The notes beneath the pieces are model-generated. The model was not told the origin of the DNA and made no database searches. It saw only the letters and a program-made list of their open reading frames with translations. A stretch of 63,374 nucleotides of DNA, the filler included, from Trichomonas gallinae (lineage: Eukaryota): the NCBI GenBank assembly GCA_008369845.1. It is 7 parts of 7 records of this genome, joined end to end, with 100 filler letters (N's around TTAATTAATTAA, not from the genome) between each part and the next. Parts side by side here need not be neighbours in the genome. Positions count along the whole stretch, not along the records: positions 1 to 8,856 come from MRSU01000838.1; positions 8,957 to 14,088 come from MRSU01000842.1; 5 more parts are not named here. One strand, 5' to 3'. This document shows positions 1 through 10,454 of the stretch, piece by piece. The translations under genes and the position numbers were made by a program. How positions within the stretch are numbered: position 1 is the first letter of the stretch; each line of letters begins with the position of its first letter.

Positions 1-947
1 GCAACTGGGCCGAGTGTTGAGCGGAAGAGCTCATCGTTGAGGTTCTCGAACATAGCGCGTGAGATTGTATCCTGGAAGTCGTGGCCCTGGTAGAGAGACT
101 CGCAAAGGATGGATGCGTTTGCTGCTGTTGAGATGGTTCGCTTAGCACGCTCGCATGCTGTTCTGAGTGTTCTGAGAGCACGTGGAGACTCGCGGAGGTC
201 GCACTTGAACTTCTTCTGGAATCTGTCAGCGAAGTAGTCGACGAGGCGAGAATCGAAGTCTTCACCACCGAGGTGTGTATCACCAGCTGTTGCGCGGACT
301 TCGAACATGCCACCGTCGATGTCGAGGAGGGAAACATCGAATGTACCACCACCAAGGTCGAAGATGAGGACGTGGCGTTCCTTGTCAGACTTCTCGTTAA
401 GGCCGAAAGCGATAGCTGCGGCTGTTGGCTCGTTGATGATTCTCAAAACGTTGAGCCCGGCAATGACACCTGCATCCTTTGTAGCCTGACGCTGGCCATC
501 GTTGAAGTAAGCTGGGACTGTGACGACAGCGTCTGTGATCTTCTCTGAGAGCATGTTCTCAGCAATTTCCTTCATCTTGCCGAGGACCATGGCGGAGATT
601 TCTTCTGGGAAGAACTGCTTAGTTTCGCCCTTAAACTGAACTTCAATCTTTGGGCGGTCGCCATCTCCGCGGACGACTTTGAATGGCCAGTGCTTCATAT
701 CCTTCTGGACAACTGGGTCACTGAACTTGCGGCCGATCATTCTCTTTGCGTCGAAGACTGTGTTCTGTGGATTCATAGCTGCCTGGTTCTTTGCTGCATC
801 ACCAACAAGGCGCTCGTCTTCTGTGAATGCGACGTATGATGGTGTTGTTCTGTTACCCATATCATCGGCTAAAATGTCGACACGGTTGTGTCTGAAGACA
901 CCAACGCATGAGTATGTTGTACCAAGATCAATACCAATAGCTGACAT
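1..947 (-). CDS. HSP70: Cytosolic Hsp70 (N-terminal ATPase domain; runs off the window start)
   Basis: Minus strand from ATG at 947 reads [16 protein letters not shown]...[11 protein letters not shown]...TVPAYFND...[11 protein letters not shown]...[12 protein letters not shown]...[11 protein letters not shown]. No signal peptide. Absent from the ORF track because it has no stop inside the window. Confidence 0.97.
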   Translation of the reverse strand, partial: MSAIGIDLGTTYSCVGVFRHNRVDILADDMGNRTTPSYVAFTEDERLVGDAAKNQAAMNPQNTVFDAKRMIGRKFSDPVVQKDMKHWPFKVVRGDGDRPKIEVQFKGETKQFFPEEISAMVLGKMKEIAENMLSEKITDAVVTVPAYFNDGQRQATKDAGVIAGLNVLRIINEPTAAAIAFGLNEKSDKERHVLIFDLGGGTFDVSLLDIDGGMFEVRATAGDTHLGGEDFDSRLVDYFADRFQKKFKCDLRESPRALRTLRTACERAKRTISTAANASILCESLYQGHDFQDTISRAMFENLNDELFRSTLGPV

Positions 948-953
948 AATATA

Positions 954-960
954 GAAATGA
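954..960 (-). promoter_or_regulatory. Initiator (Inr) element of hsp70
   Basis: TCATTTC ending 6 nt before the ATG; matches the trichomonad Inr TCA(+1)YT/A. Confidence 0.75.
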
Positions 961-1374
961 ATTCATCCATTCTCTTCCAAACACCTCTCAAACTTTTTCA
1001 TACAATAAGTGGCCGCCCAAAAAAATCAAAAAATCGGCCAAAAACTTATTGTTCTTTTATTTGGTGTATTATCGATCTATTTTATGATTTATTTTTGTTT
1101 TTGATATAAATTTAGATTAAAATTTTCTATCGTCCATAAAAAGTGTTCGGCCACTTTTATGTGTCAGTTTTGTTGTTACTTTTATACTTTCACTTTTTCG
1201 AGGTAAATGATAACCTTATTTAAATGAAATCTAATCAAAATCCAAACAAGATCAAGGTATGTCTTCAAAAATGTAATGTATTACTCGAGCTAGTATTCGG
1301 CCCTTGGTATATACACATGGTATATATTTTACCTTTAAGATATCTAAAGAACTGTAAATAATGAATAAAAGTCT

Positions 1375-1450
1375 TGACATTTGTAAATTTACAATGTCAT
1401 TTTACTATCGATTTTACTGAAAAATTGACATTTGTAAATTTACAATGTCA
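1375..1450. repeat. Two copies (51-bp period) of the 25-bp near-palindrome TGACATTTGTAAATTTACAATGTCA
   Basis: Identical copies at 1375-1399 and 1426-1450, between divergent hsp70 and ENT genes. Confidence 0.9.
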
Positions 1451-1525
1451 TTTTTATGTAGGATTTTTTATATGTAAATAAATTACATTTAAAAAATGTG
1501 AAATAAATACTCTTGAAATATGAAA

Positions 1526-1583
1526 AAAACGATGAAAAAAATTTGAGAAGAAAACGATAAATCAAATTGGGTGTAAAACGATA
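1526..1583 (+). promoter_or_regulatory. Three AAAACGAT(A/G) motifs, Myb-recognition-element-like
   Basis: Copies at 1526, 1551 and 1575 just upstream of the ENT ATG; resemble the T. vaginalis MRE-1/MRE-2r sequence ANAACGATA. Confidence 0.5.
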
Positions 1584-1603
1584 AATTGATTCAAATCAAC
1601 AAA

Positions 1604-2794
1604 ATGGCTTTAAACGAAGAGCCACTGCTTGAAGAGAAGATCACAACACAACCAACAGCTGAGAATGCACAGAAGCTATTGTTCTTCTTGCTTGGAAACT
1701 CGTCTCTCCTTGCTTTCAATATCATTATTAATGCAATCGATATTTACATTCAGCTTACACACAGAGCAGATATGGGTACTTTATTAAATCGTACATATAA
1801 CATCCCCAACGCTATAACAGCACTCATATTGTGCATTTTCAAGCCAACAAATTATAAAATATCAATTATTTCTGCTTTATCAGCACTTGCTATAATTATG
1901 ACTTTGCTTCCTATACTTATGCTCGTTCATATCAAAGAATCAATAGTTTTTTGGATAAGTTTAATTATTATTGGAATAATTGGTGCAATTTGCAGCCTTG
2001 TATTCTCCAGCACATTCTCCTTAGCCTCCCAGTTTGGTCCTATTGCAGGCGCAATGGCATCATCAGGCTGTGGTTGCTGTGGAGTTCTCGCATCAGTCCT
2101 CAGAATCATTACAAAGGCCGCCGCTAGAACAGAAGCTGCCACTAAATATTCTAATGCAGCTTATTTCTTCTTTGCCGCTGCAATTATTGCTGGTACATTA
2201 TTCTACTTCACTTTTAAGACAAGGAACCCAGAGGTTCGTGCTAAGATGACACCATCATCCAATGGTGAAAGTGCTGCCATTTCAACACGCGGTACAATTG
2301 ATGTTATCAAAGTTATTTGGGTTTCATGGCTATCTGTCTTCTCTAACTTCCTTATTACGCTTTCCATCTTCCCAGGATATGTTGCTCAGACAGCTGAACC
2401 GAAGAGCATCGGAGATTGGACACCAGTCATTGTTGTTACTTTATTCTGCGTTTTCGATTGGGTTGGACGTGCAGGACCAGGCTGGTTCATCTGGCCAAAG
2501 AGAAAATTCGCTTGGATTCCAATTGCCCTCAGATTTGCATTTTATCCTATTTTCATTATTGCAATTCAGAAGCGTATCTCTCTTGATCCATGGTGGACAT
2601 TCGCTTTTATGATCCCATTTGCCATCAGTAATGGCTATTTCGGCACAATTCAGATAATTTACGGATCAAATCCAGAGGAATTAACACTTGAACAAAGGAA
2701 ATTCGCTGGTTTCCTGATGTCATTCTCTGTTAATGCTGGTATCCTCTGTGCCATGGGCTTAACATTCGTTCTTCCAACACCTCCACCTTATTGA
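1604..2794 (+). CDS. Equilibrative nucleoside transporter (ENT/SLC29 family)
   Basis: About 11 hydrophobic segments; motifs LLGNSSLLAFN, FLITLSIFPG, FDWVGR, SNGY, AG.LM...GI..G. First ATG at 1604 (the ORF track starts at TTG). Confidence 0.92.
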   Translation: MALNEEPLLEEKITTQPTAENAQKLLFFLLGNSSLLAFNIIINAIDIYIQLTHRADMGTLLNRTYNIPNAITALILCIFKPTNYKISIISALSALAIIMTLLPILMLVHIKESIVFWISLIIIGIIGAICSLVFSSTFSLASQFGPIAGAMASSGCGCCGVLASVLRIITKAAARTEAATKYSNAAYFFFAAAIIAGTLFYFTFKTRNPEVRAKMTPSSNGESAAISTRGTIDVIKVIWVSWLSVFSNFLITLSIFPGYVAQTAEPKSIGDWTPVIVVTLFCVFDWVGRAGPGWFIWPKRKFAWIPIALRFAFYPIFIIAIQKRISLDPWWTFAFMIPFAISNGYFGTIQIIYGSNPEELTLEQRKFAGFLMSFSVNAGILCAMGLTFVLPTPPPY

Positions 2795-3915
2795 GAATTT
2801 TTTTTCAACGATATAATGATATCTGCATAATCAATTCTCATTGATCGCATCCAAATTATTATTATATTATAATAAATAGATCATATAGTTTTAAGAAAAT
2901 TAAATTTTTTAATATCAAAAAAAAAATCAAATTTCATCAACAAGAAAAGGAGAAAATATGATATTTACTAAATTATAGCATATTATAACTCATTCTTCGC
3001 TAATCTTTTGAATTTGATATGAAAAGAATCTATTCGAACAAACATTAATATTAAACACAAGTTTAACTATTATTTTTTTTAGTCTTAACTTTGATTTATC
3101 GTTAAAATTTGTGAATGAAAAATTAATTCGTAAGAATCGAATTTAACACAGCTGAATGTTCTTGTCTGAAGCATAGCATTCATGTGCTGATACTGTCAAG
3201 TTTGAAAAAACGTCGAATAAGAGAAGGTTTGAAATTTCCGTTAAGATTACATCAACGAATGGCAGAAATTGTGCCATCAGAGTGTGCTACCCCATACTAG
3301 ATTATATATGAACAGAATGGACGGAAAAATTTATGACCCACTTTACGTGAAGTGAAAAAAATTTGTTCTCCCATGGTATTGTTGAGCGACAAACTAATAT
3401 AAATATTTGGAATATAGAATTGTAATTAATATATATGATAGAGAAGAACAAATATTATATAATAGCAAAACCAAACAGTTTAAATTGTTACTTTGATGAA
3501 AAAATATTTCCGATTTATTCAAAAGTTGGTGTTTAAGGTTGTTTAGCTAGTGAATAACAATCATATAATACTATATAGGGTTTGCAATAAGCAAATATAT
3601 GAATTAACAAAAAATAATGTGATTTTGACATGATGAAAGTAGTAAAAATGTTATATTTATGGTTATCATATAAATATTCAAGGAAATATGAGAAAATAAA
3701 AAGATTTAAGAATTGATAGATCTCATTGAAATGAATGAATAGTTTACACTGAGATATATATTTTTAGCTAAATATATAGAGCTATGTGTTATATGTATAA
3801 TATTATCATTTCACCTCACTTTTGGCGCCATCTAAAAATTTTGTTGTTAATTATGTTTTTAAAGGAATTTATAGATACAATTCAAAAACTATAAAAAAAC
3901 GATGATTTGTTTATC

Positions 3916-3922
3916 TCACTTT
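3916..3922 (+). promoter_or_regulatory. Inr element of GPDH
   Basis: TCACTTT 8 nt before ATG 3931. Confidence 0.75.
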
Positions 3923-3930
3923 TTATCCAG

Positions 3931-4995
3931 ATGACCAAGCATCAGGTATGTATGATCGGATCGGGCAACATGGGCTCTGCCATGGCTAAGATTATCGGCT
4001 CCAATGTTGCCAACCTCCCAGAGTTCGATCCAGTCGTTAAGATGTACACATATCCAGAAAAGCTCGACGATGGCTCAAATATCGTTGATTCTATCAATGA
4101 GCACCATGAGAACAAGAAGTACCTCCCAGGAGTTCCTCTCCCACACAATGTACTCGCCGTTGGTGATGTAAAGGAATCCTGCAAGGGCTGCGACTACATT
4201 GTTATCGTTACACCACATCAGTTCCTTCCAAAGCTCCTCGAGCAGATGATTGGACTCATCCCAGAGAACGCAACAGCTATTTCACTCATTAAGGGTGTTA
4301 CTCTTAAGGGAGATACAATCTCAACAGTCACAGATACAGTCACAGAGATGCTCGGCATCCCATGTGGTGCTCTCATGGGCGCTAACATCGCTAATGATGT
4401 CGCACACGATGAATTCTGCGAGTCAACAATCGCCTTCAAGGATACAGCTATCGGTGAGCTCTGGAAGCCAATCTTCAACACACCAACATTCAGAATCAAG
4501 GTTATCGATGATCTCGTTCTTCAGCAGCTTTGCGGCACATTCAAGAACATCTACGCCACAGGCGTCGGCTTCCTCGATGGTCTCGAGATGGGTGAGTCAA
4601 CAAAGGCTGCTTTCATCCGCATTGGTATGGAAGAAACATATAAGTTCGCCCAGTGGTACTTCCCAGACGCTGGCTGCAAGTTGGAGACATTCCTCGAGTC
4701 CTGCGGTGTTGCTGACTTCATTTGCACATCATATGGCGGCCGTAACCGCAAATGTGCTGAAGCATTCGTTAAAACCGGCAAATCTCTCGAAGAACTCGAG
4801 AAGGAGATCCTCAACGGCCAGAAGCTTCAGGGTGTTCTCGCTGCTAAGGAAGTTGCTCATCTTCTCTACATCCGCAATTGTTTCCAGGACTACCCACTCC
4901 TCGTCACAATCCACATGATTGCTACTAAGCAGATCGAACCAAAGATGATCCTCGAGTACGATGGCCCACATGTTGCCAATTTAAAGATTGAGTAA
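3931..4995 (+). CDS. GPD1: NAD-dependent glycerol-3-phosphate dehydrogenase
   Basis: IGSGNMGSA Rossmann motif, HENKKYLPG, PHQF, SLIKG, LMGANIA, CGTFKNI, ESCGVADFICTSYGGRNRK, NGQKLQG; strongly biased codon usage. Confidence 0.96.
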   Translation: MTKHQVCMIGSGNMGSAMAKIIGSNVANLPEFDPVVKMYTYPEKLDDGSNIVDSINEHHENKKYLPGVPLPHNVLAVGDVKESCKGCDYIVIVTPHQFLPKLLEQMIGLIPENATAISLIKGVTLKGDTISTVTDTVTEMLGIPCGALMGANIANDVAHDEFCESTIAFKDTAIGELWKPIFNTPTFRIKVIDDLVLQQLCGTFKNIYATGVGFLDGLEMGESTKAAFIRIGMEETYKFAQWYFPDAGCKLETFLESCGVADFICTSYGGRNRKCAEAFVKTGKSLEELEKEILNGQKLQGVLAAKEVAHLLYIRNCFQDYPLLVTIHMIATKQIEPKMILEYDGPHVANLKIE

Positions 4996-6146
4996 ACTTA
5001 AATTGCGACAGCATTAACTTACGTAAATAGTAATACAAACATTTTTGATATACATCATTTAATCTATCAACAAACAAAGTAATTTTCATATTATAATTTT
5101 GAAATTAAATCAAGAACATCAGAAAATTACATGGTAAAAAGTAAATCCACACTAATATATATCTTGAATCAACTCATAGCTCACATAATATATGCTATGG
5201 TAAAAAGAAAAACTAGACAACGGATTTTAACAGTGCTGTCCTTTGGTTTTTCGACTAACATTGAATCTCACAGCCAGTCCTCCCTTGTTTTAAGCATGTT
5301 CTAGTATTTAGTATTAATGTCTTTCTAGCTTTCAGATTGATCAATGAGACTTAAGCAATGATAATTTTTAGAAGAAAACTTTATTGGAATTGGTGTGAAG
5401 CATGAAATGCCTAGAGTAAAAGTTGTAGAAGCCAATGAATGGAGCTCACTTTTAGAGAAGGCAAGATGAATTAAGCAAAATGATAACAAAAGTTTTTACT
5501 GCCGCAATTTTCTATGTGTTCTGAGTGTTAATAAAAAATAAGTCTGGTTGACGGTTTATTGGTAGAGTCTCGATTTTATAAATTGCAAAAATTAGCATGA
5601 TTATCAGTGCGTAGAACGTAAATATAATGCTGTACCACGCACGCAACATAATTCTTTCATTTTCAGTTTTAGATCCGTAGTCAATAAGTAAATTCGAAAA
5701 CAAAGAGCTGACAAAGAAAGCTGTTGATTTTAATTTGAAGAATAATATTATTTTGAAAATTTTTTCAACGATGCTGCTAGAATCTAACATGTTCTTCACA
5801 ACTGTTTGAAACTTACGCGGATTGACATTTTATTGTTGCATCTTTTCTATAATTGCATTTTGACTTCAGTGAAAATTTATATATGGGCACACACTCTTTA
5901 ATGGATATTTTTCTATGCAATTGTTGTATTGACCATATGGTTATCAATCAGAGCAAGCAAATAAGGATGAAATACCTGATAAGACATGTAATTTTAATTC
6001 TTTTTGCAATACTAACTTGGTAGTCAAGCAAATGAAATGGAAAATTAGATTCAAATTGGATTAAATTAAGACCAATAAATGGTTATTTATCAATATTCAA
6101 CAAAAAATTACACAATTAAAACAATTTTGCGTTGGAACTAAAACTA

Positions 6147-7274
6147 TTAGGAGATAGTGATGTTTGAGGCAGGTGGACGTAATCTCCTAATAATATTTTG
6201 ATCTTCAAAGTTGAAGCATGCGTCTGGGAAATTAACTGATAAATTCGAGTTATCTATGGCTTTCTTAAGATTGAAATGATGATTCTTGTACAAAGGAATT
6301 GACTTGACTTCAACAAATGACTTTGAAATATTGAATTGAATTAATTTGGCAATAATATAAGCCATAATTTGGTACAATGCCAAGCATTCATCCAAAAGTA
6401 CCTTTTCTGGCTTTTCGCGGAAAGCAGGAATGATTAAATCCATTGAAGTTTGTAAACCTTCCAAAACATCTAAAGAAATTGGTGGATTACCTGGTGGTGG
6501 TGGATTGGATTTGTGCGCCTTGGTAAATTCGCCTAAACTGTAGTTACCTTCGAAGAAGTCGTATTTTTGAATAAAGGAACGTTTTGACTCAAGATAGTCA
6601 TGGATACGCTGCGTTTGTGGTAGGGCTGGTAAGGCGTTAAGCACTTTTTTGGCACGCAATCCGCACTTTTGAGAAACATGAAGAATGAATAAGCCACAGT
6701 CTGGGTGTTTCTTTGCCAAGTCAAAGAATGTCGCAGATAATGTAGTGTCATCCAATGTAAAAATCTTCCTGGCAAACTCATCTTGATTCGATTCGTATAA
6801 TTTAATATATTCTTCGGTAGTATTTTGATTATCATTTCCAAAAAGAAGGTCAACTGCATCTTTTGGCTTCGTTGGTTGAGGTTGAGGAGGTGTCGGAGAA
6901 ACAAAATCAATTAATAAATCAACCTTTGGCGCGTTGAAATTTGGTTTAAATTCAGCCTTAGGTTCCTTGTCTAAAACACTGAAGTTTGGCTTGAATTCTG
7001 GCCTAGGTTCATGTTTAGTTTCTTGTTTTTGAGAGGGAGATTCAGGCTTAATCTCCTCTTTGACTTCAGGTTCAGCAGGTGGAGGTGGATTCTCAGCTGG
7101 TGGTTGCTTAGGAGGCTCTTCTTTTTCTTCTGGTTCATCGTCATGATATTCAATTTCAGGTTTTTTCGGTCCTGATGGCTGGTCAGTGTAGCAAATTTCG
7201 ATATCTGAGGTATCTAAGTCATCCAGCGTGTCAGCGGGAGTGCTCAAAAGAATCTTCTCGTATATATCCACCAT
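6147..7274 (-). CDS. Putative clathrin adaptor: disordered N-terminus plus C-terminal ANTH(Sla2/HIP1)-like helical domain
   Basis: 375-aa ORF with Inr TCACTTT upstream. N-terminus is Pro/Glu-rich with DLLIDF, DLLF and 2x EFKPNF. C-terminus (DYLESKRSFIQKYDFFEGNYSLGEF...DECLALYQIMAYII...LYKNHH) resembles ANTH helices. Confidence 0.55.
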   Translation of the reverse strand: MVDIYEKILLSTPADTLDDLDTSDIEICYTDQPSGPKKPEIEYHDDEPEEKEEPPKQPPAENPPPPAEPEVKEEIKPESPSQKQETKHEPRPEFKPNFSVLDKEPKAEFKPNFNAPKVDLLIDFVSPTPPQPQPTKPKDAVDLLFGNDNQNTTEEYIKLYESNQDEFARKIFTLDDTTLSATFFDLAKKHPDCGLFILHVSQKCGLRAKKVLNALPALPQTQRIHDYLESKRSFIQKYDFFEGNYSLGEFTKAHKSNPPPPGNPPISLDVLEGLQTSMDLIIPAFREKPEKVLLDECLALYQIMAYIIAKLIQFNISKSFVEVKSIPLYKNHHFNLKKAIDNSNLSVNFPDACFNFEDQNIIRRLRPPASNITIS

Positions 7275-7427
7275 AGGTGTATAAAAAGTGACATCATGGT
7301 ATCAAATTTACCATGTTTACCAAGAATTGGCTGGTCAATTTTCACCTTTTCTCTGCAATTTCGCTATTATACATTATTCTATATATATTTATATTTGTTG
7401 CAAAAAATCTGACATTTCATAACAAAC

Positions 7428-7707
7428 TGTCATGTAATATATCAATTTTGTCGTGTAAATAATTTCCCAATAAACGCATTTTTTTTGGAAAATTTGTAAA
7501 CAATTCAAAGGTACCTCCTTAATCTACGTGGCAATTAAACAATGAAATTGTCATATTTTTAATTTCATAATGGTTTTGTCATGTAATTGGCAAATTTATA
7601 AAATTACATGGTAGATTTGTCGTGTAATTGTCAAATTTTCGATTACATTGTAAATCTGTCATGTAAATATGGTGATTTTAAATTACATGACAAAACTGCC
7701 ATGTAAA
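7428..7707. promoter_or_regulatory. Array of TG(T/C)C(A/G)TGTAA motifs in a bidirectional promoter
   Basis: Copies at 7428, 7449, 7577, 7618, 7657, 7697 (+) and 7683 (-), plus degenerate copies at 7524 and 7604 (-). Confidence 0.7.
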
Positions 7708-7722
7708 ACTATTAAAAAATCA

Positions 7723-8316
7723 ATGAACGCCAATATATCGGAAGGAGACCCAACGAATTTCAAAGTCTGCATTCTTGGAGAAGAAGCTGTTGGTAAGACA
7801 GCAATTCTTAACAGATATATAACTGGCGCATTCGTTTCCGACCACAAACCAACAATCGCTGCTAATTTTATGAGCGCTCACGAGATTGTCGGCGATCATA
7901 CAGTTATTCTCAATATATGGGATACAGCAGGACAAGAAAAATACCAATCAATGACGCCTTTGTATTTAAGAAAAGTCGATTGTGTAATTTTGGTTTGTGA
8001 TGTTATCAAACCGTCATCAGCAAAGTTTGTCGAAAAATGGATTGAGGAAGACTTTCCAACTCTTGATCCTCTTCCAATTTTAATCGTATGCATAAATAAA
8101 TCAGACTGTCCTCAATCATACAGTACCCAGATCTTTGAAGAAACAATAGCAAAAAAGGGTATCAAGCTGTTTTATACTTCTTCATTGAACGGAAATAATA
8201 TTGCTGCTGTTTTTAACACAGTTGGAAAAGCTCTTGATGAAGTATCCTCACGTAGACGTACTGATGTACGTAAGATTCATGCAAAGAATCAGTCTGGAGG
8301 CTGCTGCAGCTTTTAA
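7723..8316 (+). CDS. Rab family small GTPase
   Basis: GEEAVGKT, PTI, WDTAGQEKYQSMTPLY, NKSD, TSS, C-terminal CCSF prenylation motif. Likely start at 7723 because the upstream ATGs lie within the promoter motif array. Confidence 0.93.
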   Translation: MNANISEGDPTNFKVCILGEEAVGKTAILNRYITGAFVSDHKPTIAANFMSAHEIVGDHTVILNIWDTAGQEKYQSMTPLYLRKVDCVILVCDVIKPSSAKFVEKWIEEDFPTLDPLPILIVCINKSDCPQSYSTQIFEETIAKKGIKLFYTSSLNGNNIAAVFNTVGKALDEVSSRRRTDVRKIHAKNQSGGCCSF

Positions 8317-8700
8317 ATATTATTGTAAATTTTTATAGAAATAAATGAATATAGTTATCAACATTAGTCCGCTATTTCATTAAATATCTTGGCTATTTCT
8401 CTATATTTCGAAATATATCAATATCAAAACAAAGAATTCAAGCTCAATATATATGTGTGTATTCATCTATCATCAGGGTAAAATTGTTAATTAACTCCAA
8501 TTTGTTTTTTAACAATTAATATTGGTTTGATATTTAATATCTTAAACATGTTGTGTTAATATTGGTATGAAATATGATATATCGGGTATCTGTTTGTATT
8601 GAAATGGTCGTTTCATTAGAATTTTGAATAATGAAATATTTTATCAGTATTTTGTAAAAATTGTTGTATTATGGACAATTTCATGTATTTATCAAAGGTT

Positions 8701-8971
8701 TTACTGATTGCCAAGTTCCTCCTTACGCTGCTGGCGCTTGATCTTGTGAGCCTCAGCACGCTTGCCAGAGCCCCAGACCTTAACTTTCTGGCGGCGGGCG
8801 TTCTTACGCATACGGCGGGTGACCTTGCCCTTCTCAGCAAGACCAGCCTTGATAAGNNNNNNNNNNNNNNNNNNNNNNNNNNNNNNNNNNNNNNNNNNNN
8901 TTAATTAATTAANNNNNNNNNNNNNNNNNNNNNNNNNNNNNNNNNNNNNNNNNNNNGAAGACAAGTGGCAT
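8701..8971 (-). CDS. RPS24: 40S ribosomal protein S24, interrupted by an assembly gap
   Basis: 8856->8701 reads LIKAGLAEKGKVTRRMRKNARRQKVKVWGSGKRAEAHKIKRQQRKEELGNQ*, matching the eS24 C-terminus pattern GLAEK...KxxGxGKR. Across the gap ATG at 8971 gives MPLVF, the presumed N-terminus. Confidence 0.8.
8857..8956. other. Assembly gap spacer
   Basis: N44-TTAATTAATTAA-N44 six-frame stop linker. Confidence 0.99.
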
Positions 8972-9818
8972 TCGCTCTTACCAGTTTCTAAAAAAAGATG
9001 GAATCTTAATTCAATGTCACTTTTTTAAATTGAGCCTCCACCCCTGTTTTTGTTCTGTCACTTTTTGAACACTTTACGTGTCAAATCTGACATGTAAACC
9101 TGTCACTTTTCGTTCGCATTTCGGTACAGGATAACAAAACATAGGTAAAACACATTCAATTTTAGCAAAGTACTCAAATGTTTTAAAAACAAAACAAAAG
9201 TTGCAACCTTATATGGAACGAATGACGTGTAATGTGGAAATATGCCGTGTAATATGAAAAAACGGTTATTTGAGGGGAAAATGGCAAGTAATTTGGAACG
9301 ATGACAAGTAAATTTTTGCCAAATGCCGTGTTGTTCTGACATGCTTAATATCAAAAAATTAAATTTAAAATAAATGATTGATATATGATCTACATCTAAA
9401 ATAATTAATATTCCATTATTTATAATTTCAAAATTCTCTTTTTTATGCCATAAAATGAAATTTAATATAAAAATTTCTTTTTTCACGAAATCCATAAAGT
9501 TGTTCAACAAAAAATTCACTTTGTTCTAGTTTACAATGCCACATGGAAAGACAATTTTATCAGTTTAATTTGATAACTATAGTATTTTAGTTTCAGTTCA
9601 AACGTATATAGAAACTACATGATTGTACTTCAATTTACACACTATATAAATTTTTTTAATTTATTATGTTTTTTTCAATTTTTGATGGCTGTCAAGTGAA
9701 ATAAACACTGCAGCCATCATCATGGAATGAAACAATATCATCTAGAATCATTCCTTTTATTAATGTCATTTTTTTTGTCAGATTTTTTGAATAGTTTATT
9801 TAATCATTTATTTTTTTT

Positions 9819-10454
9819 ATGAGAATACGAAAAACGTTTTTATCTTATTTATCTGCAGGATCGATGATCCTTCATCTGATCATATCATTATCTGTTTACT
9901 ATGCATTGAAGTCGGATGAAGATTATAGTTTTCCATCTTTATTTGATACAATAATTGATTGGAGATCACTTGCTGTGTTTTCGTTTTTCTTTGCTATAGT
10001 TTTAGTAATCAATTTTCTATTAGCTTTAAGAATTAATCACTCAATTTTCATCAAAAACATTAAACTTGGAAGCATGTTAAATGCAATTTTATTTATTTTC
10101 GTTATATGTATATTCATCAGTGTCTATATACCAAGAAATGAATATTATGGTCTCAATTTATCTATGATATTAATTTCAATTTTCCTTTTATTTGGGTATT
10201 TCTTAATCGTCAAAATTGCAGAGCATAAACCAAGACTAGAACAAAACTTTTACGATTATTGGATCTTAATTTTAGTCTCTGTTACTGGAATTTCGATTTT
10301 GATTTACCTTATATTCGGAGCCATTCATGCATCGTATTCACATTATGCTCTTGCAATCATTTCCTACATAATTATAATCGTTGGCATATGTTTTCCTTTT
10401 GTTTTCAGAAATCAAATTGCAGAAATTGAAATTTCTATTAAGTTTGATGGATAA
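9819..10454 (+). CDS. Six-TM membrane protein, possibly divergent Frag1/DRAM/Sfk1-like
   Basis: 211 aa, about 6 hydrophobic helices, FPSLFDT loop after TM1; Inr TCATTTT upstream. Family call is tentative. Confidence 0.6.
   Translation: MRIRKTFLSYLSAGSMILHLIISLSVYYALKSDEDYSFPSLFDTIIDWRSLAVFSFFFAIVLVINFLLALRINHSIFIKNIKLGSMLNAILFIFVICIFISVYIPRNEYYGLNLSMILISIFLLFGYFLIVKIAEHKPRLEQNFYDYWILILVSVTGISILIYLIFGAIHASYSHYALAIISYIIIIVGICFPFVFRNQIAEIEISIKFDG

Noticed and set aside
273..954. Plus-strand ORFs over hsp70, and similar shadow ORFs over GPDH, the giant protein, Sec12 and RPC3
   Set aside because: Antisense or alternate-frame by-products of codon bias in real genes
4993..4996. Stop codons forming TAAA (also Rab 8314, RPS24, Myb 41657, Sec12 51597)
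   Set aside because: Known trichomonad polyadenylation signal overlapping the stop; not novel
5200..5800. Coding-like remnants including ORF 5512-5799
   Set aside because: Non-ATG start, stops in adjoining segments, no recognisable family; at most a decayed gene fragment
7669..7722. N-terminal extension MVILNYMTKLPCKTIKKS of the Rab
   Set aside because: These ATGs lie in the promoter motif array; 7723 gives a normal Rab N-terminus
9103..9519. 138-aa AT-rich ORF (likewise 12162-12485, 53838-54276, 57180-57389, 61700-61882)
   Set aside because: F/I/L/K/N-rich composition typical of chance ORFs in AT-rich intergenic DNA
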